A stretch of 64,000 nt of DNA from contig PHAI01000001.1 in NCBI GenBank assembly GCA_002840305.1, positions 112,074 through 176,073 on the forward strand, written 5' to 3'. Origin of the DNA: Candidatus Falkowbacteria bacterium HGW-Falkowbacteria-1. Its GTDB lineage: Bacteria; Patescibacteriota; Patescibacteriia; Patescibacteriales; UBA12465. The notes beneath the pieces are model-generated. The model worked only from the letters and a program-made list of their open reading frames with translations, did no database searches and had not been told where the DNA came from. The position numbers were made by a program, and so were the translations under genes. Below, one piece after another: positions 18,439 to 28,250 of the stretch. Every line of letters begins with the position of its first letter. Position 1 is the first letter of the stretch.

Positions 18439-19473
18439 ATGTCAAAAGAAAAAAAAACAAAGGAAGTGGGAAAGTCTGGATCAAACAAGGCCGAAGCCGC
18501 TTCTTTGGCTATTGCACAAATTAAAAGTAAATTTGGAGAAGGGTCTATAATGAAGTTTGGTGAGTCCAGAAAAACAAATGTTGACGCTATTCCTACCGGT
18601 TGTTTGTCCTTGGACATAGCTTTTGGTATAGGTGGAGTTCCTAGAGGTAGGGTTATAGAAATTTTTGGTCCTGAATCTTCGGGAAAAACTACCTTGGCAC
18701 AGCATATAGTAGCAGAAGTTCAAAAGTTAGGAGGAATTGCTGCCTTTGTTGATGCTGAGCACGCTCTTGATCCTGATTATGCTGAAAAAATAGGAATAAA
18801 TATTAAGGAGATGTTGATTTCCCAGCCAGATACAGGAGAGCAGGCCTTGGAAATAGTTGAGACCTTGGTGCGTTCAAATGCCGTCGACGTTATAGTTATT
18901 GATAGTGTTGCAGCGCTTGTTCCTCAAAGAGAAATAGAAGGAGATATGGGCGATCAACACATGGGGCTTCAAGCCAGATTAATGAGTCAGGCCCTTAGAA
19001 AGCTTACCGCTATTATATCTAAAACCAAGACAGTCGTAATTTTTATTAATCAAATAAGAAATAAGATTGGTGTGTTTTTTGGCAACCCAGAGACTACCAG
19101 TGGAGGAAATGCTTTAAAGTTTTATTCGTCAGTTAGAGTTGAAGTCAGAAGAAGCGCGCAAATTAAGCAAGGAGATAAAATAATAGGCAATAGGGTAAAA
19201 GCTAAAATTGTTAAAAACAAAGTAGCGGCCCCTTTTAAATCGGCAGAGTTTGATATTATGTATAATGAGGGGATATCTCTTTCCGGCGATCTTTTAGATC
19301 TAGGTGTTGAATATGGTGTTATTAAAAAATCTGGAAATTCTTATTCTTTTGGTGCGCACAAGATGGGAGTTGGGAGAGAGAGTGCCAAGGGATATATTAA
19401 ATCACAAGAAAAATTGATGAAAGAACTTCGAGTTAAAATATTAGAAGAATATAACAAAAAAGAGAATAAATAA
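18439..19473 (+). CDS. recA: Recombinase RecA
   Basis: Walker A ([11 protein letters not shown]) and the L1/L2 loop regions are present over the full length. Confidence 0.95.
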   Translation: MSKEKKTKEVGKSGSNKAEAASLAIAQIKSKFGEGSIMKFGESRKTNVDAIPTGCLSLDIAFGIGGVPRGRVIEIFGPESSGKTTLAQHIVAEVQKLGGIAAFVDAEHALDPDYAEKIGINIKEMLISQPDTGEQALEIVETLVRSNAVDVIVIDSVAALVPQREIEGDMGDQHMGLQARLMSQALRKLTAIISKTKTVVIFINQIRNKIGVFFGNPETTSGGNALKFYSSVRVEVRRSAQIKQGDKIIGNRVKAKIVKNKVAAPFKSAEFDIMYNEGISLSGDLLDLGVEYGVIKKSGNSYSFGAHKMGVGRESAKGYIKSQEKLMKELRVKILEEYNKKENK

Positions 19474-19616
19474 TGTTGCAATTTTTATTTAGTTTTTCAT
19501 AAAATACTCTTATTTTTTAAGAGTATTTTAATTATATGAAAGCTTTATTTTTTTCTTAAATAATGCTAAAATATTGATGTTCTGATTTTATTTATAAACT
19601 TATTAGAATAAAAAAA

Positions 19617-20306
19617 ATGACTAATTTTTTTGTTTTGTCTTTGGGTGGGTCATTGGTTTCTTTGGCCGATGGTTTGAATATTGATTTTCTAAAAAAATTT
19701 AAAAAACTCATTGAAAAAAGAGTCGAAATGGGGGACAAATTCATTATTGTAGTTGGTGGTGGGTTTTTAGCCAGGGACTCAATCAAGGAGGCCTCAAGGC
19801 TTTCTAGTAATATTAGTTCTGACGAAAAAGATTGGATAGGAATATCGGCTACTCATTTAAATGCAAATATAGTTAAAGCTATTTTTGGTAATTTATCTCA
19901 TTTTAAACTAGTAGATAACCCTTATGTAAAGGTAAAAACCAAAAAACCACTTATTTTTTCAGGTGGTTATTTACCGGGGAATTCTTCCGATTTTGTTTCC
20001 GTGCTTTTGGCTAAAACTTATGGGGCAAAAGAGATTATAAATATGAGCAATATAGATTATGTTTATGATAAGGATCCGAAAAAATATCCAGAGGCGAAAA
20101 AGATAGAAAATATTTCTTGGCGCGAATTTTTATCAATAGTTGGCGACAAATGGGCGCCAGGACTTAATTCCCCTTTTGATCCGATTGCTTCCAAGCTCTG
20201 TAAAGCAGAAAAGAAAAAGGTAGTAGTTCTAAATGGTTCGAATATTGTAAATTTAAATAATTATTTTTTAAATAAAAAATTTAAGGGAACAGAAATATAT
20301 GATTAA
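19617..20306 (+). CDS. pyrH: Uridylate kinase, archaeal-type (amino-acid kinase fold)
   Basis: GGS…VVGGG…ARD…TNVDGVY-like and DPKKYPEAKKI…IVG match the archaeal-type UMP kinase pattern. Confidence 0.7.
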   Translation: MTNFFVLSLGGSLVSLADGLNIDFLKKFKKLIEKRVEMGDKFIIVVGGGFLARDSIKEASRLSSNISSDEKDWIGISATHLNANIVKAIFGNLSHFKLVDNPYVKVKTKKPLIFSGGYLPGNSSDFVSVLLAKTYGAKEIINMSNIDYVYDKDPKKYPEAKKIENISWREFLSIVGDKWAPGLNSPFDPIASKLCKAEKKKVVVLNGSNIVNLNNYFLNKKFKGTEIYD

Positions 20307-20697
20307 TAAAAATACTAATTTTCAGGGAGACGGTAATTTTTCTTTAAATAATGGGTCTATAAAAAAAATAAGTAAAATTCCAAGAGATTTTTTCAAAGGT
20401 TTATTAGAGTTTCTTAAGGAATATTCTGTTATTGGTTTGGCAATTGGTGTTGTTGTTGGCCAGGCCTCTAAAGATTTGGTCGATTCGATGGTGAAAGGAA
20501 TTTTCATGCCGTTTATTGAGCTTTTGGTGTCTAAAAATAAGTTTGAAAATTTGGTGCTGACTTTTAACGGGGTTAATTTTGACATTGGGAAGGTTATTAG
20601 TTCTTTTTTAACATTTTTAATCATAATGATCCTGCTTTATTTTGTGGTTAAGAAAATAATGAAAAAAGATAAGTTGCTGCCGAAAGGCAAGGCCTAA
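20299..20697 (+). CDS. mscL: Large-conductance mechanosensitive channel
   Basis: FLKEYSVIGLAIGVVVGQA…IFMPFIELL matches the MscL TM1 signature. The start overlaps pyrH by 8 nt. Confidence 0.75.
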   Translation: MINKNTNFQGDGNFSLNNGSIKKISKIPRDFFKGLLEFLKEYSVIGLAIGVVVGQASKDLVDSMVKGIFMPFIELLVSKNKFENLVLTFNGVNFDIGKVISSFLTFLIIMILLYFVVKKIMKKDKLLPKGKA

Positions 20698-20713
20698 TAT
20701 TGGATATTTATTT

Positions 20714-21202
20714 ATGAATAAAGGAAACAAAATAGTATTAGGAATAGACCCTGGATTTGCTGATACCGGTTTTGGTGTTTTGGAGGTTGATGGATCAAAA
20801 ATAAAATGCTTGGAGTTCGGATCAATAAAAACAGCCCCTAAAGATATTTTTGTTGACAGATTAAAGAAAATAGATAAAGCTTTACAGGAGATAGTGAACA
20901 AATATAAACCGAGTTTAGTTTCGGTTGAAAAAATATTTTTTAATAACAATGCTAAAACTGCCTTGATGGTTGGGCATGCCAGGGGGGTTATTTTATTAAA
21001 TATATCCAAAAACAACATTCCAATAGTTGAGTTTACCCCTCTTCAGTTAAAGCAATCTATTTGTAATTATGGTCGAGCTGATAAAAATCAGATAAAAAAA
21101 ATGATAAAAATATTTTTAAATTTAAAAGAATTGCCAAAATCAGATGACGCTGCCGATGCCTTGGGCCTGGCGATTTGTGCTTTAAATTTTTTAAAGAAAT
21201 AG
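20714..21202 (+). CDS. ruvC: Crossover junction endodeoxyribonuclease RuvC
   Basis: IVLGIDPGFADTGFGVL and the RNase H-like fold motifs are present. Confidence 0.9.
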   Translation: MNKGNKIVLGIDPGFADTGFGVLEVDGSKIKCLEFGSIKTAPKDIFVDRLKKIDKALQEIVNKYKPSLVSVEKIFFNNNAKTALMVGHARGVILLNISKNNIPIVEFTPLQLKQSICNYGRADKNQIKKMIKIFLNLKELPKSDDAADALGLAICALNFLKK

Positions 21203-21207
21203 AATCT

Positions 21208-22674
21208 ATGCCAAATAAAAAAATATCAGTGGTTCATGTTTCAGCCGAGGTGGCCCCATTTTCTAAAACTGGTGGCCTCGGAGACGTTGTTAAAAGTTTG
21301 CCAAAGGCTTTGTTTAAGGCTGGCCATGATATAAAAATTATCACTCCTCTTTACGGTCGAATAATTGATATTGAAAAATATAATTTAAAGTTAATTTTTA
21401 AAGATGTAAAGGTCATTGTCGATTCTGAAAATTCTGTAAAAGTTAATTTTTGGCAAGGGGAGTTGATTGAAGGCCTGCCAGTTTATTTTATAGAAAATAA
21501 AAAATATTTTTCTAAACATAAAAGAGTTTATGGTTCCGGGCAAGAAAACGTAAGGTTTTTAATTTTTAATGTAGCCGTTTTGAAATTATTAAACATTTTA
21601 GATTTAAGTCCGGATATAATTCATTGTCATGATTGGCACGCAGGTTTGATTCCTTATTATTTAAAAAGCAAATCTCGTTATACGAAAAACTTATCTAAAA
21701 CAAGAACAATTTTTACTATTCATAATCTTGCTTTTCAAATGGGAAAAAATTGGTTTAATATTCCTTTGGAAAAAAAGGATTATGGACGCAAAAAGTTGCC
21801 ATTGATAAATAATTCTGATATTGAGAATATTAACTTTGCGAAGAGGGCTATACTTTCGGCTGATATTGTCAATACAGTTAGTGAAAAATATCGCGAGGAA
21901 ATAATGACCAAAAAATTTGGGCAGGATTTAAATAGAATTTTGAAAAATAGAAGTAGACGTCTGTTTGGAATAGTCAATGGTATTGATTACAATTCTTATA
22001 ATCCCAGAAATGATTATGGTTTATTTAAGAATTTTGATGAAAAATCTCATTATCTAAAGTTAGAAAATAAAAAATATCTACAGAAAAAATTAGGATTAGC
22101 CATTAATGCCAACGCTCCAATGTTTTGTTCTACTTCCAGAATCACTCATCAAAAAGGCTTTGATTTAATTTTGAAATTATTACCATATTTGTTGAGAATG
22201 GATGTTCAAATTGTTTTCATGGGTGACGGAAGAAACGAGTACATAAAAGAAATACGAGGTTTTTGTAAAAAATTTCCAAAAAAAATAGCCTGGTTAGCTA
22301 TGGATCAAAAAAGAGAGACTCTTTTGTATGCCGCTTCTGATTTTTTTATATTGCCTTCTTATTATGAGCCTTGCGGAATAAATCAAATGATAGCTATGCG
22401 CTATGGATCTGTGCCTATAGTAAGAGAGACTGGCGGTCTTCATGATACTGTCAAAAATTTCAATCCAAACTCAGATACTGGTCTTGGTTTTACTTTTAAA
22501 TACGAAGATGAATTTTCTTTCTTTTGGGCGATAGTTAGAGCTTTAGAAAACTATAAATATAAAAATGTTTGGAATGAGCTCATTAAGAGAATTATGCTTC
22601 AGTCAAGTAACTGGGAGATTCCTGCTCAAAAATATGTTGAGCTTTATAAAAAGGCCATGAGAATTAAAGATTAA
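21208..22674 (+). CDS. glgA: Glycogen (starch) synthase, GT5
   Basis: HVSAEVAPFSKTGGLGDVV carries the KTGGL motif. The ORF-track start is TTG, so the first ATG is used. Confidence 0.85.
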   Translation: MPNKKISVVHVSAEVAPFSKTGGLGDVVKSLPKALFKAGHDIKIITPLYGRIIDIEKYNLKLIFKDVKVIVDSENSVKVNFWQGELIEGLPVYFIENKKYFSKHKRVYGSGQENVRFLIFNVAVLKLLNILDLSPDIIHCHDWHAGLIPYYLKSKSRYTKNLSKTRTIFTIHNLAFQMGKNWFNIPLEKKDYGRKKLPLINNSDIENINFAKRAILSADIVNTVSEKYREEIMTKKFGQDLNRILKNRSRRLFGIVNGIDYNSYNPRNDYGLFKNFDEKSHYLKLENKKYLQKKLGLAINANAPMFCSTSRITHQKGFDLILKLLPYLLRMDVQIVFMGDGRNEYIKEIRGFCKKFPKKIAWLAMDQKRETLLYAASDFFILPSYYEPCGINQMIAMRYGSVPIVRETGGLHDTVKNFNPNSDTGLGFTFKYEDEFSFFWAIVRALENYKYKNVWNELIKRIMLQSSNWEIPAQKYVELYKKAMRIKD

Positions 22675-22685
22675 ATTTAAAAAAC

Positions 22686-23855
22686 ATGCTGTGGATAAAT
22701 TTTCTTCATTTGTATCAGCCGGCAAATTCTGACGCTTATAAAATAAAAGAGGCCGTTGATTTGAGTTATCAAAGAGTAGTAAGTGCTTTAGAAAAAAATC
22801 CAAATACAAAATTTACTTTAAATATTTCTGGTTGTTTAGTATTGAGATTGTCAGAATTGAAATATTCTAACCTAATAAATAGAATAAACAAATTAATAGA
22901 AAAAAAACAAATAGAGTTGACTGGGTCAGCCGCCTATCATCCATTGCTACCCTTAATCAAGGAAGAAGAGGTTGTTTGTCAAATAAAGGAGAATGAAAAG
23001 ATTATGAAAGAATATTTTCCCAAGGCTGTTTTGAGGGGGTTCTTTTTACCAGAGATGGCTTACGGCCTAAAAGTTGCTAAAATTATCAAGAAGCTGGGAT
23101 ATGAATGGCTTGTGCTTGATGAAATATCGCTTGGTTCCAAAAATATTTTAAATTTTAGAGATATTTATAAAGACAAGGGGAGTGGTTTAAAAATTATTTT
23201 TAGATCAAGAGAATTTTCGAATTGCTATGTGCCAGATAAACTAAGTATTTTTATTAAAAAGAGCAAAAAAGAACAAAATGGAAAAGTTATTATAAGCGCT
23301 ACGGATGGAGAATTGTACGGGCTTAGACATAATGATCCTAGTAAAAAATTTGAAAATATTTTGACAAATAGTAAGATTGAAACAATTTTGGTGTCTGAAT
23401 ATATAAAAAGAAAAAGGACAAAAGAAGTGAAGATTAGAAACAGCAATTGGGAATCAACCGAAAAATATCTTAAGAATAATGAGCCGTATCATCTTTGGTA
23501 TGATAGAAATAATAAAGTTCATCTAAAATTGTGGGAATTTGTTTCCTTGGTAGATGAAATTATTGTTAAATACAAAAATGATGATAATCATAAATGGGCT
23601 AGGTGGCATTTTGTTAGAGGTTTGGCCAGTTGTACTTTTTGGTGGGCCAGTGGAAAGGATTTTGAACATAATTTTGGACCTACGGCCTGGAATCCGGATG
23701 AAATAGAGCGAGGCGCCAATGAATTTATCAGAGCTGTTAGATCTTTGGAATATTCAAGCAAAAAGAGTGAAAAAATAAAAGCGGAGCTCTTATTTATAAG
23801 TATAAAAAAGATAATTTGGACCAAGCATTGGTCTTATCATCAAAGTATTAAATAA
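22686..23855 (+). CDS. Glycoside hydrolase family 57 protein (alpha-glucan-acting)
   Basis: N-terminal LHLYQP (GH57 region I), PEMAYG (region containing the nucleophile Glu) and ATDGELYG (acid/base Asp region) are present. Confidence 0.65.
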   Translation: MLWINFLHLYQPANSDAYKIKEAVDLSYQRVVSALEKNPNTKFTLNISGCLVLRLSELKYSNLINRINKLIEKKQIELTGSAAYHPLLPLIKEEEVVCQIKENEKIMKEYFPKAVLRGFFLPEMAYGLKVAKIIKKLGYEWLVLDEISLGSKNILNFRDIYKDKGSGLKIIFRSREFSNCYVPDKLSIFIKKSKKEQNGKVIISATDGELYGLRHNDPSKKFENILTNSKIETILVSEYIKRKRTKEVKIRNSNWESTEKYLKNNEPYHLWYDRNNKVHLKLWEFVSLVDEIIVKYKNDDNHKWARWHFVRGLASCTFWWASGKDFEHNFGPTAWNPDEIERGANEFIRAVRSLEYSSKKSEKIKAELLFISIKKIIWTKHWSYHQSIK

Positions 23856-23862
23856 ATTTTGT

Positions 23863-24900
23863 ATGGAAAAAATAGAAAAGTTGCTTGATCATAGATATGT
23901 TTTAGATTTTTTTAACAAAAGAGTTTTGCCTTTATACCCTGATTTTGGAAAGATTAAAAAAATTAAAATAATACCGCATAAAAAATTTATCTGGACTGGA
24001 ACGTATCACGTCGTTCTTGAATTTAGAGTTTTTTTTCCCGTGAAGGTGAGTAATGGTTCAAAGAAGAAGATAAAACAATTTTCCTTTTTTTGCACGGCCC
24101 ACTCTAGTGAACCGAGAAAAAATGTTTATGATATTTTAAACTATCTTTGGTCCAATGGTTTTTCTAAGGGATTTTTAACAATTCCAAAACCGATACTATA
24201 TTCTAAATATTTTAATGCTTCTTTTTATAGAGGTGTGAAGGGAGACAGTTTATTGGAGTTTATAAAAGAAAAGAATAAACCAGAAATTGAGAAAATAGTA
24301 AAAAAGACAGCTGAATGGTTATCAAAACTTCATAAAATTGCCGAGCCCAAGGACATTAATTTAAATAAAAATAATAAAAAAATAAAAACCGTGGTTCCTG
24401 GGTATAAAAAAATAATTAAAGATATTGAAGATAAGTATGGCGGAAAATACACTCATGATCTAAGGAAGATTTATGATTGTTTGATAGACCTAGAGGAAGA
24501 CTTTTTCAAACTTACTGACAAAAGATGGCTTATCCACGGTGATGTTCATCCAGATAATATTATAAAAATTAGCAAAGACAAGATGGCCATGATTGATTTT
24601 ACCGATATTTGTCTTTCTGATTTTGCTAGAGACCTGGGGACATTTTTACAACAACTTGAATACAAGTTAAAAAGAAATAATTATTCTGGCAGCTATATTA
24701 AAAAAATTCATGATATTTTTCTTAGCAATTATTGTAAAAAAGCCAGAATCAAGTATAATATAAGATTGAGAGAGAGAATAAAGCTATATTACTATTGGAC
24801 AGCCATAAGAACCGCTGTCTATTGGCTTACTAAGCATAATCCGGACCCAGAAAGATCAGAACCGTTGATTTTAGAGGTGAAAAAGAAGTTAAAAATATAA
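23863..24900 (+). CDS. Aminoglycoside-phosphotransferase-fold kinase (possibly maltokinase-like)
   Basis: LIHGDVHPDNII and IDFTD are APH/ChoK-family catalytic motifs. The gene sits next to the alpha-glucan genes. Confidence 0.5.
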   Translation: MEKIEKLLDHRYVLDFFNKRVLPLYPDFGKIKKIKIIPHKKFIWTGTYHVVLEFRVFFPVKVSNGSKKKIKQFSFFCTAHSSEPRKNVYDILNYLWSNGFSKGFLTIPKPILYSKYFNASFYRGVKGDSLLEFIKEKNKPEIEKIVKKTAEWLSKLHKIAEPKDINLNKNNKKIKTVVPGYKKIIKDIEDKYGGKYTHDLRKIYDCLIDLEEDFFKLTDKRWLIHGDVHPDNIIKISKDKMAMIDFTDICLSDFARDLGTFLQQLEYKLKRNNYSGSYIKKIHDIFLSNYCKKARIKYNIRLRERIKLYYYWTAIRTAVYWLTKHNPDPERSEPLILEVKKKLKI

Positions 24901-24903
24901 CAT

Positions 24904-25785
24904 ATGATTATCGATTTGCAATTTCACTCAGTTTATTCAGACGGGTACTTGAATCCTAAGGACCTGGCCAGGTTTGTCGCGTCCAGAAATGTTAAGGTGG
25001 CGGCGCTGACTGATCATAATACTTTGGCCGGGATTAATGAATTTAAAGAACATTGTCAGAGATATAATATTAAAGTTATCAACGGCTTGGAGCTATATTG
25101 TAGATATAAACGAAAGACAATAAATATTTTATGGTATAATTTTGATGATAAAAATGAAAAACTTTTGGGTATTTTAGAGGAAACAAGAAAAAGACGGTAT
25201 TTAATGGTGAAAAAAGCTTTGTTGAGATTAAAAAAAAGGGGATTTAGATTGAATGTTGATGAAATATTGAGTGAATTTAAACACTATATACCCATAAATC
25301 GTTTGGCCGAGAAAATAACCAAGAATCATTTTAATTATAGTAAGATTTTTAAAGAAGTTAGAATAAAAAACAAGTTTGTCAAAACATTGAGAGAGGAAGA
25401 TATTTTGGGTGTGTTATTTTTTAATAAAAAGAGTGACAGATTAAACGAGTCCTATATAAATGTTGAGAGAGTTGTTGAATTAAAGAAAGAAATTGGAGGA
25501 CAATTAATTTTTTGTCACCCAGGTAAATATAATAAATACGCTGGTGATATTATATTAAAATTACGAGATATGGGAGTTGACGGCCTTGAGGTATTGTCAC
25601 CCCATCACACAGTTGGAGCAGTAATGCACGCTCAGTTTTTGGCAGAGACATTAGATATGATTGCTAGCGGAGGATCAGACTTTCATCGTTTTGAAGAAGG
25701 AGAAAATTTTAAAATAAGAAGTTTCGATGATTGGTTTAAAATAGATAGCAAATACTTAAGAAGAATAAAAGAAATAATATCATAA
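24904..25785 (+). CDS. PHP-domain metal-dependent phosphoesterase
   Basis: The N-terminus is FHSVYSDG…ALTDHNTL and the C-terminus is …GGSDFH, both PHP motifs. Confidence 0.65.
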   Translation: MIIDLQFHSVYSDGYLNPKDLARFVASRNVKVAALTDHNTLAGINEFKEHCQRYNIKVINGLELYCRYKRKTINILWYNFDDKNEKLLGILEETRKRRYLMVKKALLRLKKRGFRLNVDEILSEFKHYIPINRLAEKITKNHFNYSKIFKEVRIKNKFVKTLREEDILGVLFFNKKSDRLNESYINVERVVELKKEIGGQLIFCHPGKYNKYAGDIILKLRDMGVDGLEVLSPHHTVGAVMHAQFLAETLDMIASGGSDFHRFEEGENFKIRSFDDWFKIDSKYLRRIKEIIS

Positions 25786-25790
25786 TAAAT

Positions 25791-28241
25791 ATGGGCGCTG
25801 AAAAAAATAAGAAAATTAAAGACAGTAAAGATATTTCAGAAAACAAGATTAAGATTAGTATAATCTCCATGGTGATATTTGTTTTTGGTTTGATAAGCTT
25901 TTTGTCTTTATTTTCTTTGTCTGGGAATTTTGGTCTATTTTTAAGTAAACTTTTATCTTTGGGGTTTGGCTGGGGTAAGTGGTTTTTCCCAGTTTTGCTA
26001 ATAGTTTTGAGTATTGCTTTATACAAAAGAAAGTTATTTTTTTCTAAAAAAATTAATTACCTTGCTTTGTTTTTGTGTTTTTTCCTTTGGCCACTTTTGT
26101 TTCACTTTTTCTTTTCTCAGAATCTAGCTAAATTAAAAGCCTCGGAAGGGCTAGGCGGTGGTTATTTGGGCTTCTATTTTTCTTTGTTTCTAAAAAATAT
26201 TTTAGGTTTTTGGGGTGGGTTAGTTTTAATTTTTGCCTTGTTTCTTTTGTCTTTTATTTTAATGTTTAATATTACCTTGTCGGACTTGGTTGGCTCGAAC
26301 AGCCACTTGATAATGTTTTTTAAGAAGGTATCTTCTTTTTTTGGTAACAAAAAACAAGGAGAAGGGGATGAAGAAACGGGAGAAGAAGAGTATGAAGATG
26401 ATGATGAAGACGATGATGAAGACGATGACGAAGAAATTGATGAAAAAATTTTTAATAAAATTTCTGCAGTCCCAGAAAAGAAAAAAGAAGATGATTTGTT
26501 TTTTGCCAGAAAAAAAATAGGCAGTGACGATATTGAAAAAAATAAAAAGCAAGGAGAGTTAAAAATAAATTGGAAGACTAAAAAAGTTAAGATTGATTTA
26601 CCCCTTGAATTATTAAGTGGTGAAATCGGCAAAGCGACTAGTGGTGATATAAAAAGCAATATTTTGATCATTCAAAGAACTTTGGAAAACTTTGGTATTT
26701 CGGTTGAGATGGGAGAAGTTAATGTTGGGCCAACCGTAACTCAATATACGTTTAAACCGTCAGAGGGAGTCAAACTTTCAAAGATAACAACCCTTAGTAA
26801 TGATTTATCTTTGGCTTTAGCGGCTCATCCGATTAGAATCGAAGCACCGATACCTGGCAAATCTTTGGTTGGGATTGAAGTTCCTAATAAATCTAAAGCA
26901 ATCGTTGGTTTGAGGGAAATTCTAGAAGATAGAGACTTCAAAACTAGAACCAGCAATTTAATGGCCGCCCTAGGTAAAGATGTTTCGGGCAAAAACATTG
27001 TTTATGATATTGCCAAGATGCCTCACTTGCTAGTTGCTGGGGCTACAAATTCGGGGAAATCAGTTTGTCTAAATGCTATTATTATTGGCTTGCTTTATCA
27101 AAATAATCCGGAAGATCTTAGATTTATTATGGTTGACCCTAAAAGAGTGGAACTGCCATCTTATAACAATATTCCTCATCTTTTAACGCCCGTTATAACT
27201 GATGTTAATAAAACGGTTAATGCTTTGAGATGGTGTTTAAATGAAATGGATAGGCGCTATGAAATTTTGAATCAGGCCGGTAAAAAGAACATACAAAGTT
27301 ACAACGAACTAAGTAAAGAAAAAATGCCCTTTATAGTTTTTGTTATTGACGAATTAGCCGATTTGATGATCTCGGCCGCCAAAGAAATAGAGAGCAGTGT
27401 TATTCGTTTAACGCAAATGTCTCGAGCTGTTGGAATCCACTTGATTTTAGCAACTCAAAGACCGAGCGTTGATGTTATAACCGGTTTAATTAAAGCCAAT
27501 ACTCCTTCCAGGATAGCCTTCTCAGTGGCTTCGGTGGTAGATTCGAGAACTATTTTGGATTCATCTGGAGCTGAAAAACTTTTAGGCAAAGGAGATATGC
27601 TTTTTAGTACAGCTGAGTTGTCCAAACCAAAAAGAATACAGGGCGCTTATTTAAGTGATCAAGAAATTTTGTCAATTGTTGGCTATATAAAAGAAAAATA
27701 TGGCACCGCTGATTATTTGGAGGGAATAGTTGAGAGACAAAAGGTCAGCGGTATGGGTGGCGTTGGGCTTGATGGCAATTTTGGTGATGAAGATGAGCTT
27801 TTAGAAGAGGCAAAGGAGGTCATAGTTAACGCCGGCAAAGCATCAACTTCATTGCTTCAAAGAAGGCTCAGAATAGGATACTCTAGAGCTGCTAGCATTT
27901 TAGACATGCTGGAAGATTCAGGAATAATTGGCCCTTCAAACGGTTCTAAGGCTCGTGAAATACTTATATCTAGAGAGCAATTTCAAGGTCCTGCAAGTAA
28001 TGCATTTCCTTCAGCTGGAATTCATAATAAGGCGGAAAGCAAAGCCCCTGATCATTATTTATATGAAGAAGAAGAAAGTCCTTTGATTTTTAGTGACGAT
28101 ACTAGCGAGAAAGTTGAGAACGTAATTGCAGAAGTCGAGGAAGACTCTGACATTGAAGACGGCGAAGTAAAGAATAAAAGTGATATTAAAAAAGAAAAAG
28201 ATAAATCAGATGATGATTTTGGTTTATATTTTTCCAAATAA
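25791..28241 (+). CDS. ftsK: DNA translocase FtsK/SpoIIIE
   Basis: N-terminal TM helices, an acidic low-complexity linker, Walker A (GATNSGKSV) and a winged-helix gamma domain C-terminus. Confidence 0.9.
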   Translation: MGAEKNKKIKDSKDISENKIKISIISMVIFVFGLISFLSLFSLSGNFGLFLSKLLSLGFGWGKWFFPVLLIVLSIALYKRKLFFSKKINYLALFLCFFLWPLLFHFFFSQNLAKLKASEGLGGGYLGFYFSLFLKNILGFWGGLVLIFALFLLSFILMFNITLSDLVGSNSHLIMFFKKVSSFFGNKKQGEGDEETGEEEYEDDDEDDDEDDDEEIDEKIFNKISAVPEKKKEDDLFFARKKIGSDDIEKNKKQGELKINWKTKKVKIDLPLELLSGEIGKATSGDIKSNILIIQRTLENFGISVEMGEVNVGPTVTQYTFKPSEGVKLSKITTLSNDLSLALAAHPIRIEAPIPGKSLVGIEVPNKSKAIVGLREILEDRDFKTRTSNLMAALGKDVSGKNIVYDIAKMPHLLVAGATNSGKSVCLNAIIIGLLYQNNPEDLRFIMVDPKRVELPSYNNIPHLLTPVITDVNKTVNALRWCLNEMDRRYEILNQAGKKNIQSYNELSKEKMPFIVFVIDELADLMISAAKEIESSVIRLTQMSRAVGIHLILATQRPSVDVITGLIKANTPSRIAFSVASVVDSRTILDSSGAEKLLGKGDMLFSTAELSKPKRIQGAYLSDQEILSIVGYIKEKYGTADYLEGIVERQKVSGMGGVGLDGNFGDEDELLEEAKEVIVNAGKASTSLLQRRLRIGYSRAASILDMLEDSGIIGPSNGSKAREILISREQFQGPASNAFPSAGIHNKAESKAPDHYLYEEEESPLIFSDDTSEKVENVIAEVEEDSDIEDGEVKNKSDIKKEKDKSDDDFGLYFSK
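26380..26445 (+). repeat. Short in-frame GAT/GAA tandem repeat encoding EDDDEDDDEDDDEE
   Basis: gatgatgatgaagacgatgatgaagacgatgacgaagaa lies inside ftsK. Confidence 0.6.
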
Positions 28242-28250
28242 GTTTATTTT

